IMG/VR virus record: IMGVR_UViG_3300008111_000002
Span: 145,837-209,836 of that record
DNA length: 64,000 nt
Reading direction: 5' to 3' (one strand)
This document shows, in pieces, positions 29,834-39,616 of the stretch (position 1 is the stretch's first letter; each line of letters starts with the position of its first letter). The notes below the pieces were generated by a model, which was not told where the DNA came from, searched no databases, and worked only from the letters and a program-made list of their open reading frames with translations. A program made the translations under genes and the position numbers.

Positions 29834-30336
29834 GAATTTTAACATTAAACAACACGGCCTTTGATTTAAATGATCTGCCGGAAGAAGTAGAAGACGATGC
29901 TAGATTTAGCGTACTAGATAATAGCAATCCTTATGAACCAGATTTTTATTTTATGCCTCTTATTTTCTTAGAGTCATTTAACAGTCCAGCAATTCTATTA
30001 CGCATAGGAGAGCACGAAATACAAATGCCATTAGATTGGTGCATGGTAGTTGGAGATAAAGACTGTGGGCAAGACCCAGAAGTATTACCACTGACCAGTA
30101 TTAATGAACGAGGATTTGATGCATTAATCTTTAATCCTATTAAAGGATTTAAAATTGAATACAAGCCCATTGAAATTGTTAATATCTTTCAAGATGTTAG
30201 ATGGTATTTTCCTAAAATGAAAAATGGACAATTACTAACAGTACCAATTAGTGATGATCATAATCCACCTTGCGCATTTTTTGTCAAAGAAGTCAGTCGT
30301 CAAAGCGAAATTATTCAATTAGATAAAATTTTATAA
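29830..30336 (+). CDS. hypothetical beta-rich protein
   Basis: ATG at 29830 overlapping the uvsW stop. Confidence 0.6.
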   Translation: MRILTLNNTAFDLNDLPEEVEDDARFSVLDNSNPYEPDFYFMPLIFLESFNSPAILLRIGEHEIQMPLDWCMVVGDKDCGQDPEVLPLTSINERGFDALIFNPIKGFKIEYKPIEIVNIFQDVRWYFPKMKNGQLLTVPISDDHNPPCAFFVKEVSRQSEIIQLDKIL

Positions 30337-30563
30337 TGCCTATACCGTTTATGGACAACGAAAACTTTAAACGTAGATGTATTGGTTGGAAATTAAAGTA
30401 CAGTTTATGGCCACGACGCTGTCATTATACAAATAAAATATTATGGTTTACAATGGCCTATCACGGTGTTGGAATGATCTGTGGTCCCGGAGAACCTGTA
30501 TTTGAAGATAGATGGTGCGAACGAAAAGAGTATCTTTTTTTAAAGATTAAAGGAACAATATGA
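30336..30563 (+). CDS. hypothetical protein
   Basis: 75 aa, coupled. Confidence 0.5.
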   Translation: MPIPFMDNENFKRRCIGWKLKYSLWPRRCHYTNKILWFTMAYHGVGMICGPGEPVFEDRWCERKEYLFLKIKGTI

Positions 30564-30916
30564 AAGCAGGTAAAATATGGGGAGTAACAAAATTACTCGA
30601 AGCTAACGGTGTATTAGAATTTCATCGCATTGAAGCTAACGCCGGTGGGGTGTGTTCGAAGCACAAGCACAAATATAAATGGAATGGTTTCTTTGTTGAA
30701 AAAGGCAAAATGATCATCCGAGTGTGGAAAAACAACTACGACTTAATTGATGAGACACTACTAGAGGCAGGGCAATATACTAAGGTTGCTCCCGGTGAAT
30801 ATCATCAATTTGAAGCTGTAGAAGACACCGTAGCTTTTGAATTATATTGGGCAGAATTTGATCATGATGATATCGAAAGAGAAACTATAGGATACAAAAA
30901 TCATGGGACAACTTAA
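30560..30916 (+). CDS. cupin-domain protein
   Basis: KIWG, SKHKH, PGEYHQF, DDIER metal-binding cupin motifs. Confidence 0.75.
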   Translation: MKAGKIWGVTKLLEANGVLEFHRIEANAGGVCSKHKHKYKWNGFFVEKGKMIIRVWKNNYDLIDETLLEAGQYTKVAPGEYHQFEAVEDTVAFELYWAEFDHDDIERETIGYKNHGTT

Positions 30917-31157
30917 ACCTGGAGCAACTTATGTTTATGAATCACCGGATGGGGGAGAAACTGTCTATGCTAGAGAAATGGGTAGTACAGAGCGCCGTCT
31001 TATTGGCAAAAGTTACAAAGCAGTTCTTAAAGAAGAACTAAACAGCGAAGTTGAACTGTTCAAAAAAATTCACATGGCTGCAAAGAATGATCCTGTCTTG
31101 AAAGAAGCTGTAGAACGTGTTAAACTATTGTATCACTTAGGTAAAAAAGATGAGTAA
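30903..31157 (+). CDS. hypothetical protein
   Basis: 84 aa, YVYESPDGGETVYARE. Confidence 0.6.
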   Translation: MGQLKPGATYVYESPDGGETVYAREMGSTERRLIGKSYKAVLKEELNSEVELFKKIHMAAKNDPVLKEAVERVKLLYHLGKKDE

Positions 31158-31626
31158 ATTAGACCTATTCAAAGATATCATTCCAGCTGTTGATTCTGGC
31201 ATTAAAGATCTTTGGGACGCTTTAGAAGAGGATCAACAGAAAGAATTAAAAAAACTTTTGTTTGTTCTTGGACGCTGGATCAGCAGCCCAGTCTCTAGTG
31301 ATCCGGATGTTCAAGCTCACTATATTTTAACTGTTAACGAATATTATAATAAAAATTATTATAAGTTTTATAACCATCCTAAACTGTTATGGTTACTGTT
31401 AACTATGTGTGCTAATCCTAAAGGAAAAGTTGTTAGAAGAGAATATATAAAGTTATCTAGAAAGGCAGAAGGTTCTAGTAAAAAACATAAATTTTTATTA
31501 GATAGATATCCTAGCGCCAAGTTAGATGACGTTGAACTATTGGCTAAAATTTTAACTGACGACGAAGTTAAACAAATTGCCAAAGACATGGGACTTGATA
31601 ATAAACAAATCAAAGAACTTCTATAA
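31150..31626 (+). CDS. possible clamp loader small subunit (gp62-like)
   Basis: Size, N-term LDLF.DII.AV, N.YY...HPKL.W.LL, C-terminal LAKILT pattern. Confidence 0.5.
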   Translation: MSKLDLFKDIIPAVDSGIKDLWDALEEDQQKELKKLLFVLGRWISSPVSSDPDVQAHYILTVNEYYNKNYYKFYNHPKLLWLLLTMCANPKGKVVRREYIKLSRKAEGSSKKHKFLLDRYPSAKLDDVELLAKILTDDEVKQIAKDMGLDNKQIKELL

Positions 31627-32297
31627 TGTTTGTTTGTGAATACTGTAAAAAAGAATTTGTCAAAGAAAAGACTCTGTTTGTTCATGTATGTGAACAGAAG
31701 CGTAGACACTTGAACAAAGGAGAAAAACATGTACAGGCTGGGTTTATGGCCTATACCAAGTTCTATGAGGTAGCACAAAAAAATACTAAAAAAACTTTTG
31801 AAGACTTTGTAGAAAGCCCTTACTACACAGCATTTGTAAAGTTTGGCAGTTTTTTCGTTAACACAAATCCAATTTATCCAGAACGATTTATAGAATTTGT
31901 AATACGCAGTAATACAAAATTAGATGCGTGGTGTAGTGATAATTTATATGACATATACATTGCTGAGTTAATCAAACAAGAACCAGCAGATGGTTCTATA
32001 CAAAGAACTATACAAACAATGATGGACTGGGCTGATAAAAATAACTCAACTTGGGAACACTATTTTTTGTATGTGAATTTAAACAGACTAACACATGATA
32101 TAAAAGAAGGATTAATCAGTCCGTGGATGTTGTTAAATATTCAATCAGGAAAAGACGCACTGCAAAAAATGAATGATGAACAGTTGGAAATTATCAGTAC
32201 TATAATTGATCCACAATTTTGGAAACGTAAATTTAAAAACTATCCTGCAGATGTTGAACTAATTAAAGATGTTATCAAAGAAGCGAAAATATTATAA
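31626..32297 (+). CDS. hypothetical protein with N-terminal zinc-finger-like motif
   Basis: FVCEYCKKEF....L..H.C. Confidence 0.6.
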   Translation: MFVCEYCKKEFVKEKTLFVHVCEQKRRHLNKGEKHVQAGFMAYTKFYEVAQKNTKKTFEDFVESPYYTAFVKFGSFFVNTNPIYPERFIEFVIRSNTKLDAWCSDNLYDIYIAELIKQEPADGSIQRTIQTMMDWADKNNSTWEHYFLYVNLNRLTHDIKEGLISPWMLLNIQSGKDALQKMNDEQLEIISTIIDPQFWKRKFKNYPADVELIKDVIKEAKIL

Positions 32298-32524
32298 TGC
32301 CTAAGAAAAAACAAGAACCGGAAGTAGTAGAACAAGATCTAGCAGAAAACGAAGAACCTCTTTCTAGAGATGATTTAGATATCGAAGTTGCTGTTGGTAG
32401 CGAGGAACCTGTTGTATATGTAAAGTTCAGCGGCTTTGAGGACATTGAAGATGCTGAAGAATATGCAGAGTTTCTTGCAGAAACTTTACCACTATTGTTA
32501 TTTGAGTCAACAAGGTTACAGTAA
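32297..32524 (+). CDS. acidic hypothetical protein
   Basis: 75 aa, coupled. Confidence 0.55.
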   Translation: MPKKKQEPEVVEQDLAENEEPLSRDDLDIEVAVGSEEPVVYVKFSGFEDIEDAEEYAEFLAETLPLLLFESTRLQ

Positions 32525-33102
32525 TGCCAGATATTGATATTGACTTTGCAGATAGAACAAAAGCATTGGCTTTGTTCAAACATCACAGAGCCAGCAGAGT
32601 AGAAGATAACAAATTAGTAGTTCATAACACAGGTGTTTATTTTCATCCTGTGCCAATTGATGCAAGAACTAATCTTTCGTCAATACCATATGATCAAGCA
32701 GAAGAACAAGGATTTTTTAAAATTGATTTTCTCAATGTAGGAATCTATAAAAATATCAAAGATGAAAATCATCTTAAGACTTTAATGGAGACTGAACCAC
32801 TATGGGATTTACTGTTACAGGACGACTTCGTGAACTTATTGTTCCATGTGAATGGGCATGGGTCTATTCTAAGAGAGATGGAACCAAAATCTATAGAAGA
32901 ATTGGCAGCAGTACTGGCAATGATAAGACCCGCGAAACGTTATCTGATTGGGAAGCCATGGACTACGGTGATGAACGAGATCTGGACGAAACCAGAGAAT
33001 GACGAATACTACTTTAAAAAGAGTCATGCTACTGCGTATGCTCTTTCAATTATAGTTCAAATGAATCAAATTTGTGAAAGTATTAGTTACGGTTATAGTT
33101 AA
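32524..33102 (+). CDS. minimal family-C (DnaE/Pol III alpha-like) polymerase core
   Basis: MPDIDIDF, HNTGVYF, GFFKIDFL, LAMIRP, YFKKSHATAYAL match DnaE motifs in order. Confidence 0.85.
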   Translation: MPDIDIDFADRTKALALFKHHRASRVEDNKLVVHNTGVYFHPVPIDARTNLSSIPYDQAEEQGFFKIDFLNVGIYKNIKDENHLKTLMETEPLWDLLLQDDFVNLLFHVNGHGSILREMEPKSIEELAAVLAMIRPAKRYLIGKPWTTVMNEIWTKPENDEYYFKKSHATAYALSIIVQMNQICESISYGYS

Positions 33103-33470
33103 CCAGCTTTTCTAATTAATACTATGCTTCTACGTTTAATTCTTTTGGTGATAATTTGATTTAGACTTACGCAAGGCCCAAGCATTAATTTAACATCTTT
33201 GGTACTGAAATTTCTAATAGCGTATCTAAAAGGTTGTATTTCTTTAGCTAGAAAAATACTAATAGGAATTTGTCTATTTGATTCCCACCACCAAGCTTCC
33301 CCTAGTTCTAAAAATCTAGTTTTTTCTTCTTCGCTTTTTAAAGAAGTGTAATCATACATGCTAGTGATACTAGAGTCTTGATTAATAATAATGCCCACAT
33401 ATTCTTTGTCAACGTAGTTTATAACACTTATAAATGGGAAGTTTTGTTGTAAGTTTTCTGTTATTCTCAT
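33099..33470 (-). CDS. hypothetical protein
   Basis: 123-aa ORF convergent with the DnaE-like gene. Confidence 0.6.
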   Translation of the reverse strand: MRITENLQQNFPFISVINYVDKEYVGIIINQDSSITSMYDYTSLKSEEEKTRFLELGEAWWWESNRQIPISIFLAKEIQPFRYAIRNFSTKDVKLMLGPCVSLNQIITKRIKRRSIVLIRKAG

Positions 33471-33500
33471 AGGTAAATATTATTAATCAAAGGACCAATA

Positions 33501-34256
33501 ATGCAATTTAATCCAAGTTATTTATACGCAAACAAAGTGGACGTTTTCAGCGATCTTGGCTCCTGGCAAACTGAGAGGTATCGCAAAGTGTATCAACGCA
33601 CCCTAAAAATTTATCGCGGAGTCGATAATCCTATAGATTTTCAAGTTCGCAACTCTGATCAAAAACCCCAATCCATTGCTGGACAAACTGTGGTATTTAA
33701 TCTTTTTGCTTATGAGTCGCAAGAACTTATTATGTCCAGAGATTGTACAGTTGTAGATGCTGTTAAAGGTAAAGTATCTGTAACTATCAGTGAAGGAGAA
33801 GCATTAACGCTAACTCCTGGATTTTATACATTTTCTTTATATACTCTATCCAATGGTATTAAAAAACCATTGTACGGAGACAGCCAATTTGGCGCACTGG
33901 GTAGATTAGAATTAATTGGTAACGTGTATGGTAATGTTATACCTACAGATATCATAACAACTTTTAATACAGAAAGTACGTATAAAGTCAGCAGCATCAT
34001 TGATGCCAAACCGCATTTGAATAATAATTCTGCACTGCATACTTTTGCGTTCTATGGAACTGCATATAGTGGTAGTGTAGTAATTCAAGCAAGCATGGAC
34101 GAAAATACCACTACTGGAAATTGGATTGATCTAGCAACAATTCCATTAACCAATTCTTCAATATCATATAAAAATATAGAAGGCGTTTGGAGTTGGTTTA
34201 GAATCAAGCATACTCAAACTGCTGGAACACTTGACAAAGTATTGTATAGATATTAA
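33501..34256 (+). CDS. putative structural protein with Ig-like/BppU-N-like domain
   Basis: IYRGVDNPIDFQVRN...GKVSVTIS...LTPGFYTFS; TAAATA at 33474. Confidence 0.45.
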   Translation: MQFNPSYLYANKVDVFSDLGSWQTERYRKVYQRTLKIYRGVDNPIDFQVRNSDQKPQSIAGQTVVFNLFAYESQELIMSRDCTVVDAVKGKVSVTISEGEALTLTPGFYTFSLYTLSNGIKKPLYGDSQFGALGRLELIGNVYGNVIPTDIITTFNTESTYKVSSIIDAKPHLNNNSALHTFAFYGTAYSGSVVIQASMDENTTTGNWIDLATIPLTNSSISYKNIEGVWSWFRIKHTQTAGTLDKVLYRY

Positions 34257-34259
34257 AAT
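34231..34259 (+). promoter_or_regulatory. sigma70 promoter for the primase operon, embedded in the upstream CDS
   Basis: TTGACA-17 bp-TAAAAT. Confidence 0.65.
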
Positions 34260-34265
34260 GTATCT

Positions 34266-35282
34266 ATGACTCTGGTCTTAGATACCCTACGTACATTACT
34301 GCCATATAAAAGAAAGCAAACACCAAGTGGTTGGATTAGCTTTAATGCTCCCTGTTGTCATCATCGTGGTCACAAATCAGATGATAGACTAAGAGGCGGA
34401 GTCACATTTAATGAAGGTTTTGTATATCACTGTTTTAACTGTGGATTTTCTACAGGTTGGCAACCAGGTCGTCCAATATCTTTTAAATTACGAGAATTAT
34501 GTAGTTGGTTGGGTGCGTCAGATGATACTATAAAACGATTAATATTTGAAGCTTTAAAAACCGAACGACCAGATTATGTAAATCAACATTACACCCCTCC
34601 AGTTGAATTTACCAAAAAAGAATTACCAGAAGGTAGTTTGCCGTTAATAGAATGGATGCAGGAAAAATTAGATGTAGAAACTGAACAAAAAATATTGTTA
34701 GTGATACAATATCTTATTGATCGTGGATTTAATCCGTTGGCAGAAAACTTTTATTGGTCACCGTTAGCGGGTTATGACAATAGAGTTATAATTCCGTTTT
34801 TGTATCATGGTCAAACTGTAGGTAGTACTGCAAGACGCATTACACCTGGAAAGCCAAAGTATCTTTCAGATCAGCATCCAAACTTTGTATTCAATATGGA
34901 TGCACAGGCTAATGATAGAAAATATGTAATTGTCTGCGAAGGTCCATTTGATGCACTGGCAATTGGCGGTGTTGCACTTCTCACAAACGAAATTTCTGAA
35001 CAACATGCTAGGATAATTAATAGTCTATCCCGTCAAGTTATTTTCGTTCCAGATCAAGATAAAGCAGGTATAGCAGGTATCGATAAAGCTAGAGAATTGG
35101 GTTGGAGCGTAGCATTCCCTAATTGGAATAGCAGTATCAAAGATTGTGCCGATGCAGTGAAAGAATACGGAAAAATGTTTACTATTGTTGATATTATAAA
35201 GACATCAGTTAGTGGTAATATAAAAATTAATTTGATGAAAAATCAAATGATTAAAAGGATTAAAAATGTTCAGACTAATTGA
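34266..35282 (+). CDS. gp61: DNA primase
   Basis: Zn-binding FNAPCC..H...YHCFNCG; TOPRIM CEGPFDAL, PDQDKAG, KDCAD. Confidence 0.85.
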   Translation: MTLVLDTLRTLLPYKRKQTPSGWISFNAPCCHHRGHKSDDRLRGGVTFNEGFVYHCFNCGFSTGWQPGRPISFKLRELCSWLGASDDTIKRLIFEALKTERPDYVNQHYTPPVEFTKKELPEGSLPLIEWMQEKLDVETEQKILLVIQYLIDRGFNPLAENFYWSPLAGYDNRVIIPFLYHGQTVGSTARRITPGKPKYLSDQHPNFVFNMDAQANDRKYVIVCEGPFDALAIGGVALLTNEISEQHARIINSLSRQVIFVPDQDKAGIAGIDKARELGWSVAFPNWNSSIKDCADAVKEYGKMFTIVDIIKTSVSGNIKINLMKNQMIKRIKNVQTN

Positions 35283-35358
35283 AAAAATAAAAGAATACAT
35301 TAAAAGAAAACGTAGATTAAAAGAACTACGTAAAAGAGATCCGTTTATCTATAAATGA
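35266..35358 (+). CDS. 30-aa basic peptide
   Basis: MFRLIEKIKEYIKRKRRLKELRKRDPFIYK; stop overlaps the next ATG (ATGA). Confidence 0.55.
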   Translation: MFRLIEKIKEYIKRKRRLKELRKRDPFIYK

Positions 35359-36824
35359 TTACTTGGGGGATTTCGGCTAACAGTCACAATGCTGCACTTG
35401 CAGTATTTGATGAAGATCATTTAATATTTGCCAGTGAATCGGAAAGATTTAGCAAAATTAAAAATGATCCGCATCTACATCACGATTTAATTGACTACGC
35501 AAAAACTATTGCGGGCGAACCTGATCTAGTATGTTGGTATGAAAAGCCGTGGCTGAAAACCATGCGTCAAATATTTGCAGGACAAGATTTTGAATACAAT
35601 AGTGTTAAAAAATATTTGTCTAGGTACAGCATTAATGCCCCTATAAAAACATTTAGACATCATCACAGTCATGCAGCAGCAGGTTATTATACCAGTACAT
35701 TTAAAGATGCATGTGTTATTGTTATTGATGCAATTGGAGAATTTGAAACTTTATCAATTTGGAAAGGTCAAGGTAAGAATTTAACAAAAGTATATTCACT
35801 TTCTTATCCTGACAGCATTGGTTTATTTTACTCTGCAATGACACAACGATGTGGTTTAAAACCCAATGAAGAAGAGTACATTCTTATGGGCATGGCCGCA
35901 TATGGTGACTATTCAGTGTTATTGAGAGACGTAACAAAAGATTTTATACATTTTCCAACTGATTATAAACATCCTGTGTTGTTTAAACAAAATTTACATA
36001 GAGGATGCAACTGGTGGAAACCTGAACTACAATCTCCTAAGCAGTTATTTGATATTGCAGCCGCAACACAGAAGATGTATGAAATTTGTTTTGTTAGAAT
36101 TTTACAGTTCGCACAACAACTTGTTGAAAGTGAAAATTTAGTGTTAATGGGAGGCTGTGCTTTAAATTGCTCAGCTAATTCAAAAATCTTTGATTACTTT
36201 AATGATGCATGGATCATGCCTGCACCAGGGGATAGCGGATCAGCCATTGGTGCAGTGTTAGCACACAAAGGAACACGTATTAAATGGACAGGACCGTATT
36301 TAGGTTACGATATTAGTCCACGAAAATTAAACAGAGAAATTGTTGAATACTTACAGATAAACAAAATATGTGGAGTAGCTAGAGGCCCTGCAGAATTTGG
36401 TCCACGTGCATTGGGCAATAGGAGCTTACTGGCAGATCCCAGGGATCCTAGTATAAAAGATCGTGTAAACGAAATAAAGAAAAGAGAAACATTTAGACCA
36501 TTTGCGCCTGCTATATTAGAAGAACATGCCAACAGGTATTTTGTAATGCCTACAAAGAAAAGTCCATATATGCAATACACTGCATATTGTCTACAACCAA
36601 ATTTATTTCCTTCTATTGTTCACAAAGACGGAACCAGTAGAGTTCAAACAGTTGGTCCTAATGATAATCCTAAATTTAGAGAACTGTTAGAAATGTGGTA
36701 TGCTAAAACAGGATGCCCTATGTTGTTGAATACCAGTTTGAATATAAAAGGCGAACCTATAGTAAACGACCTAGCAGATTCAATGACTTGGGCCAGTACC
36801 TATGGTTTACCTGTTTTTAATTAG
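35355..36824 (+). CDS. carbamoyltransferase (NodU/CmcH/TobZ family)
   Basis: SERFSKIKND, HHHSHAAAG, DAIGE, SIGLFY, GGCALN, GDSGSAIG, EFGPRALGNRS, FRPFAP, LNTSLN. Confidence 0.92.
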   Translation: MITWGISANSHNAALAVFDEDHLIFASESERFSKIKNDPHLHHDLIDYAKTIAGEPDLVCWYEKPWLKTMRQIFAGQDFEYNSVKKYLSRYSINAPIKTFRHHHSHAAAGYYTSTFKDACVIVIDAIGEFETLSIWKGQGKNLTKVYSLSYPDSIGLFYSAMTQRCGLKPNEEEYILMGMAAYGDYSVLLRDVTKDFIHFPTDYKHPVLFKQNLHRGCNWWKPELQSPKQLFDIAAATQKMYEICFVRILQFAQQLVESENLVLMGGCALNCSANSKIFDYFNDAWIMPAPGDSGSAIGAVLAHKGTRIKWTGPYLGYDISPRKLNREIVEYLQINKICGVARGPAEFGPRALGNRSLLADPRDPSIKDRVNEIKKRETFRPFAPAILEEHANRYFVMPTKKSPYMQYTAYCLQPNLFPSIVHKDGTSRVQTVGPNDNPKFRELLEMWYAKTGCPMLLNTSLNIKGEPIVNDLADSMTWASTYGLPVFN

Positions 36825-36841
36825 AATGTATAATAATAACT

Positions 36842-38266
36842 ATGATTGACAATTACAGTCCCGAAACACAAAAAATATTCTTAGAAATGATGATGGCTGA
36901 TGCTGAATCTTATTTCAGATGTCAAAGCATCTTTGATCACAGTCTATTTGATCGACGTTATCAAGAATCTGCCGAATTTATTAAAGTATACGTTGATCAA
37001 TATCGAGCAATGCCAGAATATAACATGGTCAATGCTGCCTGTAACACAGATTTTAAAAAGCCAGACAGCGTTAAAGAAGGCCATGTAGATTGGCTATTGG
37101 ATAGTTTTGAAAAATTTGTAAGACACAAAAGTATTGAACGTGCAATCATTAATTCTGCAGATCTATTAGACAAAGGCGATTATGGATCTGTTGAAACTAT
37201 GATTAAAGAAGCAGTACAGATTGGTCTTGCTAAAGATATGGGCACTGACTACTTTGCAGATCCTAAATCACGATTAATGGGATTAAAAGATAAAAACGGA
37301 CAAATATCTACTGGCTGGAAAAATCTTGATAATAGATTGTTTGGCGGTATGAATCGTGGCGAGCTTAATATTTTTGCTGGTGGTAGTGGTGCAGGTAAAT
37401 CATTATTTCTTGCAAACCTTGGTCTTAATTGGGCAATGGCTGGATTAAATGTTGTCTATGTAACATTAGAACTTAGTGAAGCATTAGTTAGTATGCGTAT
37501 TGACAGTATGCTAACAGGAATTCCAACAAAAGAAATTTTTAAAGATATTGAAAACGTTGAAACCAAAGTTAAACTGATTGGAAAGAAGGCAGGTGCATAT
37601 CAGATCAAATATGTACCAAGTGGTAAAAATGTTAACGATCTAAGAGCGTATATTAAAGAATTTGAAATTAAAACAGAACGTAAGGTTGATGTTATCTTAG
37701 TTGACTACTTAGACTTACTAATGCCAATCAGCAGAAAGATTAGTCCTGCAGATTTGTTCATCAAAGACAAATATGTTTCTGAAGAACTGCGTAACTTTGC
37801 AGTTGAACGTAAAGCTATTCTAGTCACAGCCGCACAGTTGAATCGAGGTGCTGTAGAAGAAGTAGAATATGATCACAGTCATATCTCAGGAGGACTTAGT
37901 AAGATTCAAACTGCAGATAATGTGTTTGGTATTTTTACATCACGTGCTATGAGAGAGCGAGGACGTTATCAATTACAATTAATGAAAACTAGATCATCAA
38001 GCGGTGTAGGAATGAAAGTAGATCTAGAATTTAATTTAGAAAGTCTAAGGATCAGCGATCTACCCGAAGATGAACAAGAATCCAGTGGAGGTATGCGTCC
38101 TACTTCTGGAATATTAGATGACATAAAACGCAAAGCCACAGTAAAGGCCCATCAAGAGGACTCTGAACCAAATCCATTCCAAGGTGCTGCTGTACCTAAA
38201 GTAAGAGCCAATGTTGAGAGCACGAAACTGCGGGATCTGCTGAACAATATTGGTAATGAAGAATAG
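36842..38266 (+). CDS. gp41: replicative DNA helicase (DnaB/gp41-like)
   Basis: AGGSGAGKS, VTLELSE, VDYLDL, AAQLNR, QLMKTR. Confidence 0.9.
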   Translation: MIDNYSPETQKIFLEMMMADAESYFRCQSIFDHSLFDRRYQESAEFIKVYVDQYRAMPEYNMVNAACNTDFKKPDSVKEGHVDWLLDSFEKFVRHKSIERAIINSADLLDKGDYGSVETMIKEAVQIGLAKDMGTDYFADPKSRLMGLKDKNGQISTGWKNLDNRLFGGMNRGELNIFAGGSGAGKSLFLANLGLNWAMAGLNVVYVTLELSEALVSMRIDSMLTGIPTKEIFKDIENVETKVKLIGKKAGAYQIKYVPSGKNVNDLRAYIKEFEIKTERKVDVILVDYLDLLMPISRKISPADLFIKDKYVSEELRNFAVERKAILVTAAQLNRGAVEEVEYDHSHISGGLSKIQTADNVFGIFTSRAMRERGRYQLQLMKTRSSSGVGMKVDLEFNLESLRISDLPEDEQESSGGMRPTSGILDDIKRKATVKAHQEDSEPNPFQGAAVPKVRANVESTKLRDLLNNIGNEE

Positions 38267-38495
38267 AAGAGTAAAACTTTGTGATTGGACCCAAAGTCGT
38301 AGTATCGATACTGTTGATTTAAATTGGGTTAGAATAAGACAACTAATAGGATCGCCTAAAGTAGATTGGTTGTTAGATCAACCGCAAACTAAATGTCAAT
38401 TAGTAGTTGATAAACTCAACGAAAATATATCCTTAGTAGCTGAATTTTACGATGATGCTACATTAGTGCTTTACCATTTAACTTGGGCTAAATAA
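38256..38495 (+). CDS. small hypothetical protein (F/Y-x-L-x-W C-terminal family)
   Basis: Ends AEFYDDATLVLYHLTWAK. Confidence 0.5.
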   Translation: MKNRRVKLCDWTQSRSIDTVDLNWVRIRQLIGSPKVDWLLDQPQTKCQLVVDKLNENISLVAEFYDDATLVLYHLTWAK

Positions 38496-38498
38496 TGG

Positions 38499-38843
38499 AT
38501 GCGAGCAAAAGAGTTTATTTTTGAAAGAGAATTTTCTAAAAGAAAAAGTGCTACTCTAAGTACTACTTACGAGTATCCTTCTATGCCCAGTGCCGATGCC
38601 TATAGAATTTATAGATTTGGTATGGCTATGGCAAATCATACTATGGCCAATAAAGAAGGACCTACTGGTAATCATGCTGTTATTGTTGCTTATACCGATG
38701 GTGACGATGAGATTATCAAAGGTGCTGAAAAAACTACCGGACATAAAGGAAATCTAGCTGCGGATCGTGGAAGTCACGAACCAACAGATACCAACAACGT
38801 AAGTCCGGTATCTAAACTAAAACGTAACAAATACGGAGTTTAA
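38499..38843 (+). CDS. hypothetical protein with CTS-like N-terminus
   Basis: MRAKEFIFE start; TAAATA at 38489. Confidence 0.6.
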   Translation: MRAKEFIFEREFSKRKSATLSTTYEYPSMPSADAYRIYRFGMAMANHTMANKEGPTGNHAVIVAYTDGDDEIIKGAEKTTGHKGNLAADRGSHEPTDTNNVSPVSKLKRNKYGV

Positions 38844-38844
38844 T

Positions 38845-39558
38845 ATGTGGTTACGTGAGTTTGATTCTTCTAATAAAATTGTTACTGTTAACAAACGATT
38901 AAATCCTAAAATTTGGAATGATAGTGAACTTAATTCTGAAGTAACTAAAAAGCTATTAGAAATTGCTCGTGCATTTGAAGAATTTATTGGTATTGATCTT
39001 GATGTAATTGATTATACTATTACAGGATCTAATGCCAATTATACTTGGACTGAATACAGTGATTTGGACCTACATCTTATCATTCCGGGTACGCCCTCGG
39101 AAGAACAACGTGAACTTTTCAATGCTAAGAAAGCTCTTTGGGGCGAGCAACACAACATCACAATAAAAGGGTTACCTGTAGAATGCTACGTACAGGGCCA
39201 AGACGAACCTCATCACAGCACAGGCGTGTATAGCATTGCTCAAAATCAATGGTTGGTTGAGCCAAAGAAAGTCAAACCAAAAGTAGATGATGCTGCTGTT
39301 GAGGCCAAAAAAGATGCAGTCATGCATGATATCGAAACAGCTATGTTAAGCAAAGATCTCAACAAGCTACGTATAGTTAAAGAGAAAATTACCAAGATGC
39401 GTAAAGCAGGACTTGAACGTGCTGGCGAATGGTCAGTGGAAAACTTGGTATTTAAAATTCTACGTAATCTAGGCCTTATTGATCAAATCACAGAAAAGAT
39501 TCGTGAACTAGAAGATCAAGAACTCAGCCTGGAACAACAAACAAATATTCTAAACTAA
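38845..39558 (+). CDS. Pol-beta-superfamily nucleotidyltransferase
   Basis: TGSNANYTWTEYSDLDLH (GS...DxD) plus a downstream acidic residue in PVECYVQ. Confidence 0.75.
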   Translation: MWLREFDSSNKIVTVNKRLNPKIWNDSELNSEVTKKLLEIARAFEEFIGIDLDVIDYTITGSNANYTWTEYSDLDLHLIIPGTPSEEQRELFNAKKALWGEQHNITIKGLPVECYVQGQDEPHHSTGVYSIAQNQWLVEPKKVKPKVDDAAVEAKKDAVMHDIETAMLSKDLNKLRIVKEKITKMRKAGLERAGEWSVENLVFKILRNLGLIDQITEKIRELEDQELSLEQQTNILN

Positions 39559-39616
39559 ATATTTCTGCGTGTGAGGCGATCTGAGCTAGGCCTAAATCAA
39601 CTTTAAGGAGATTTAG

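Noticed and set aside
29830-30336. Possible Hint/intein-like fold in the gene after uvsW
   Set aside because: Only a vague beta-strand pattern; no N-terminal Cys/Ser or C-terminal His-Asn splice motifs
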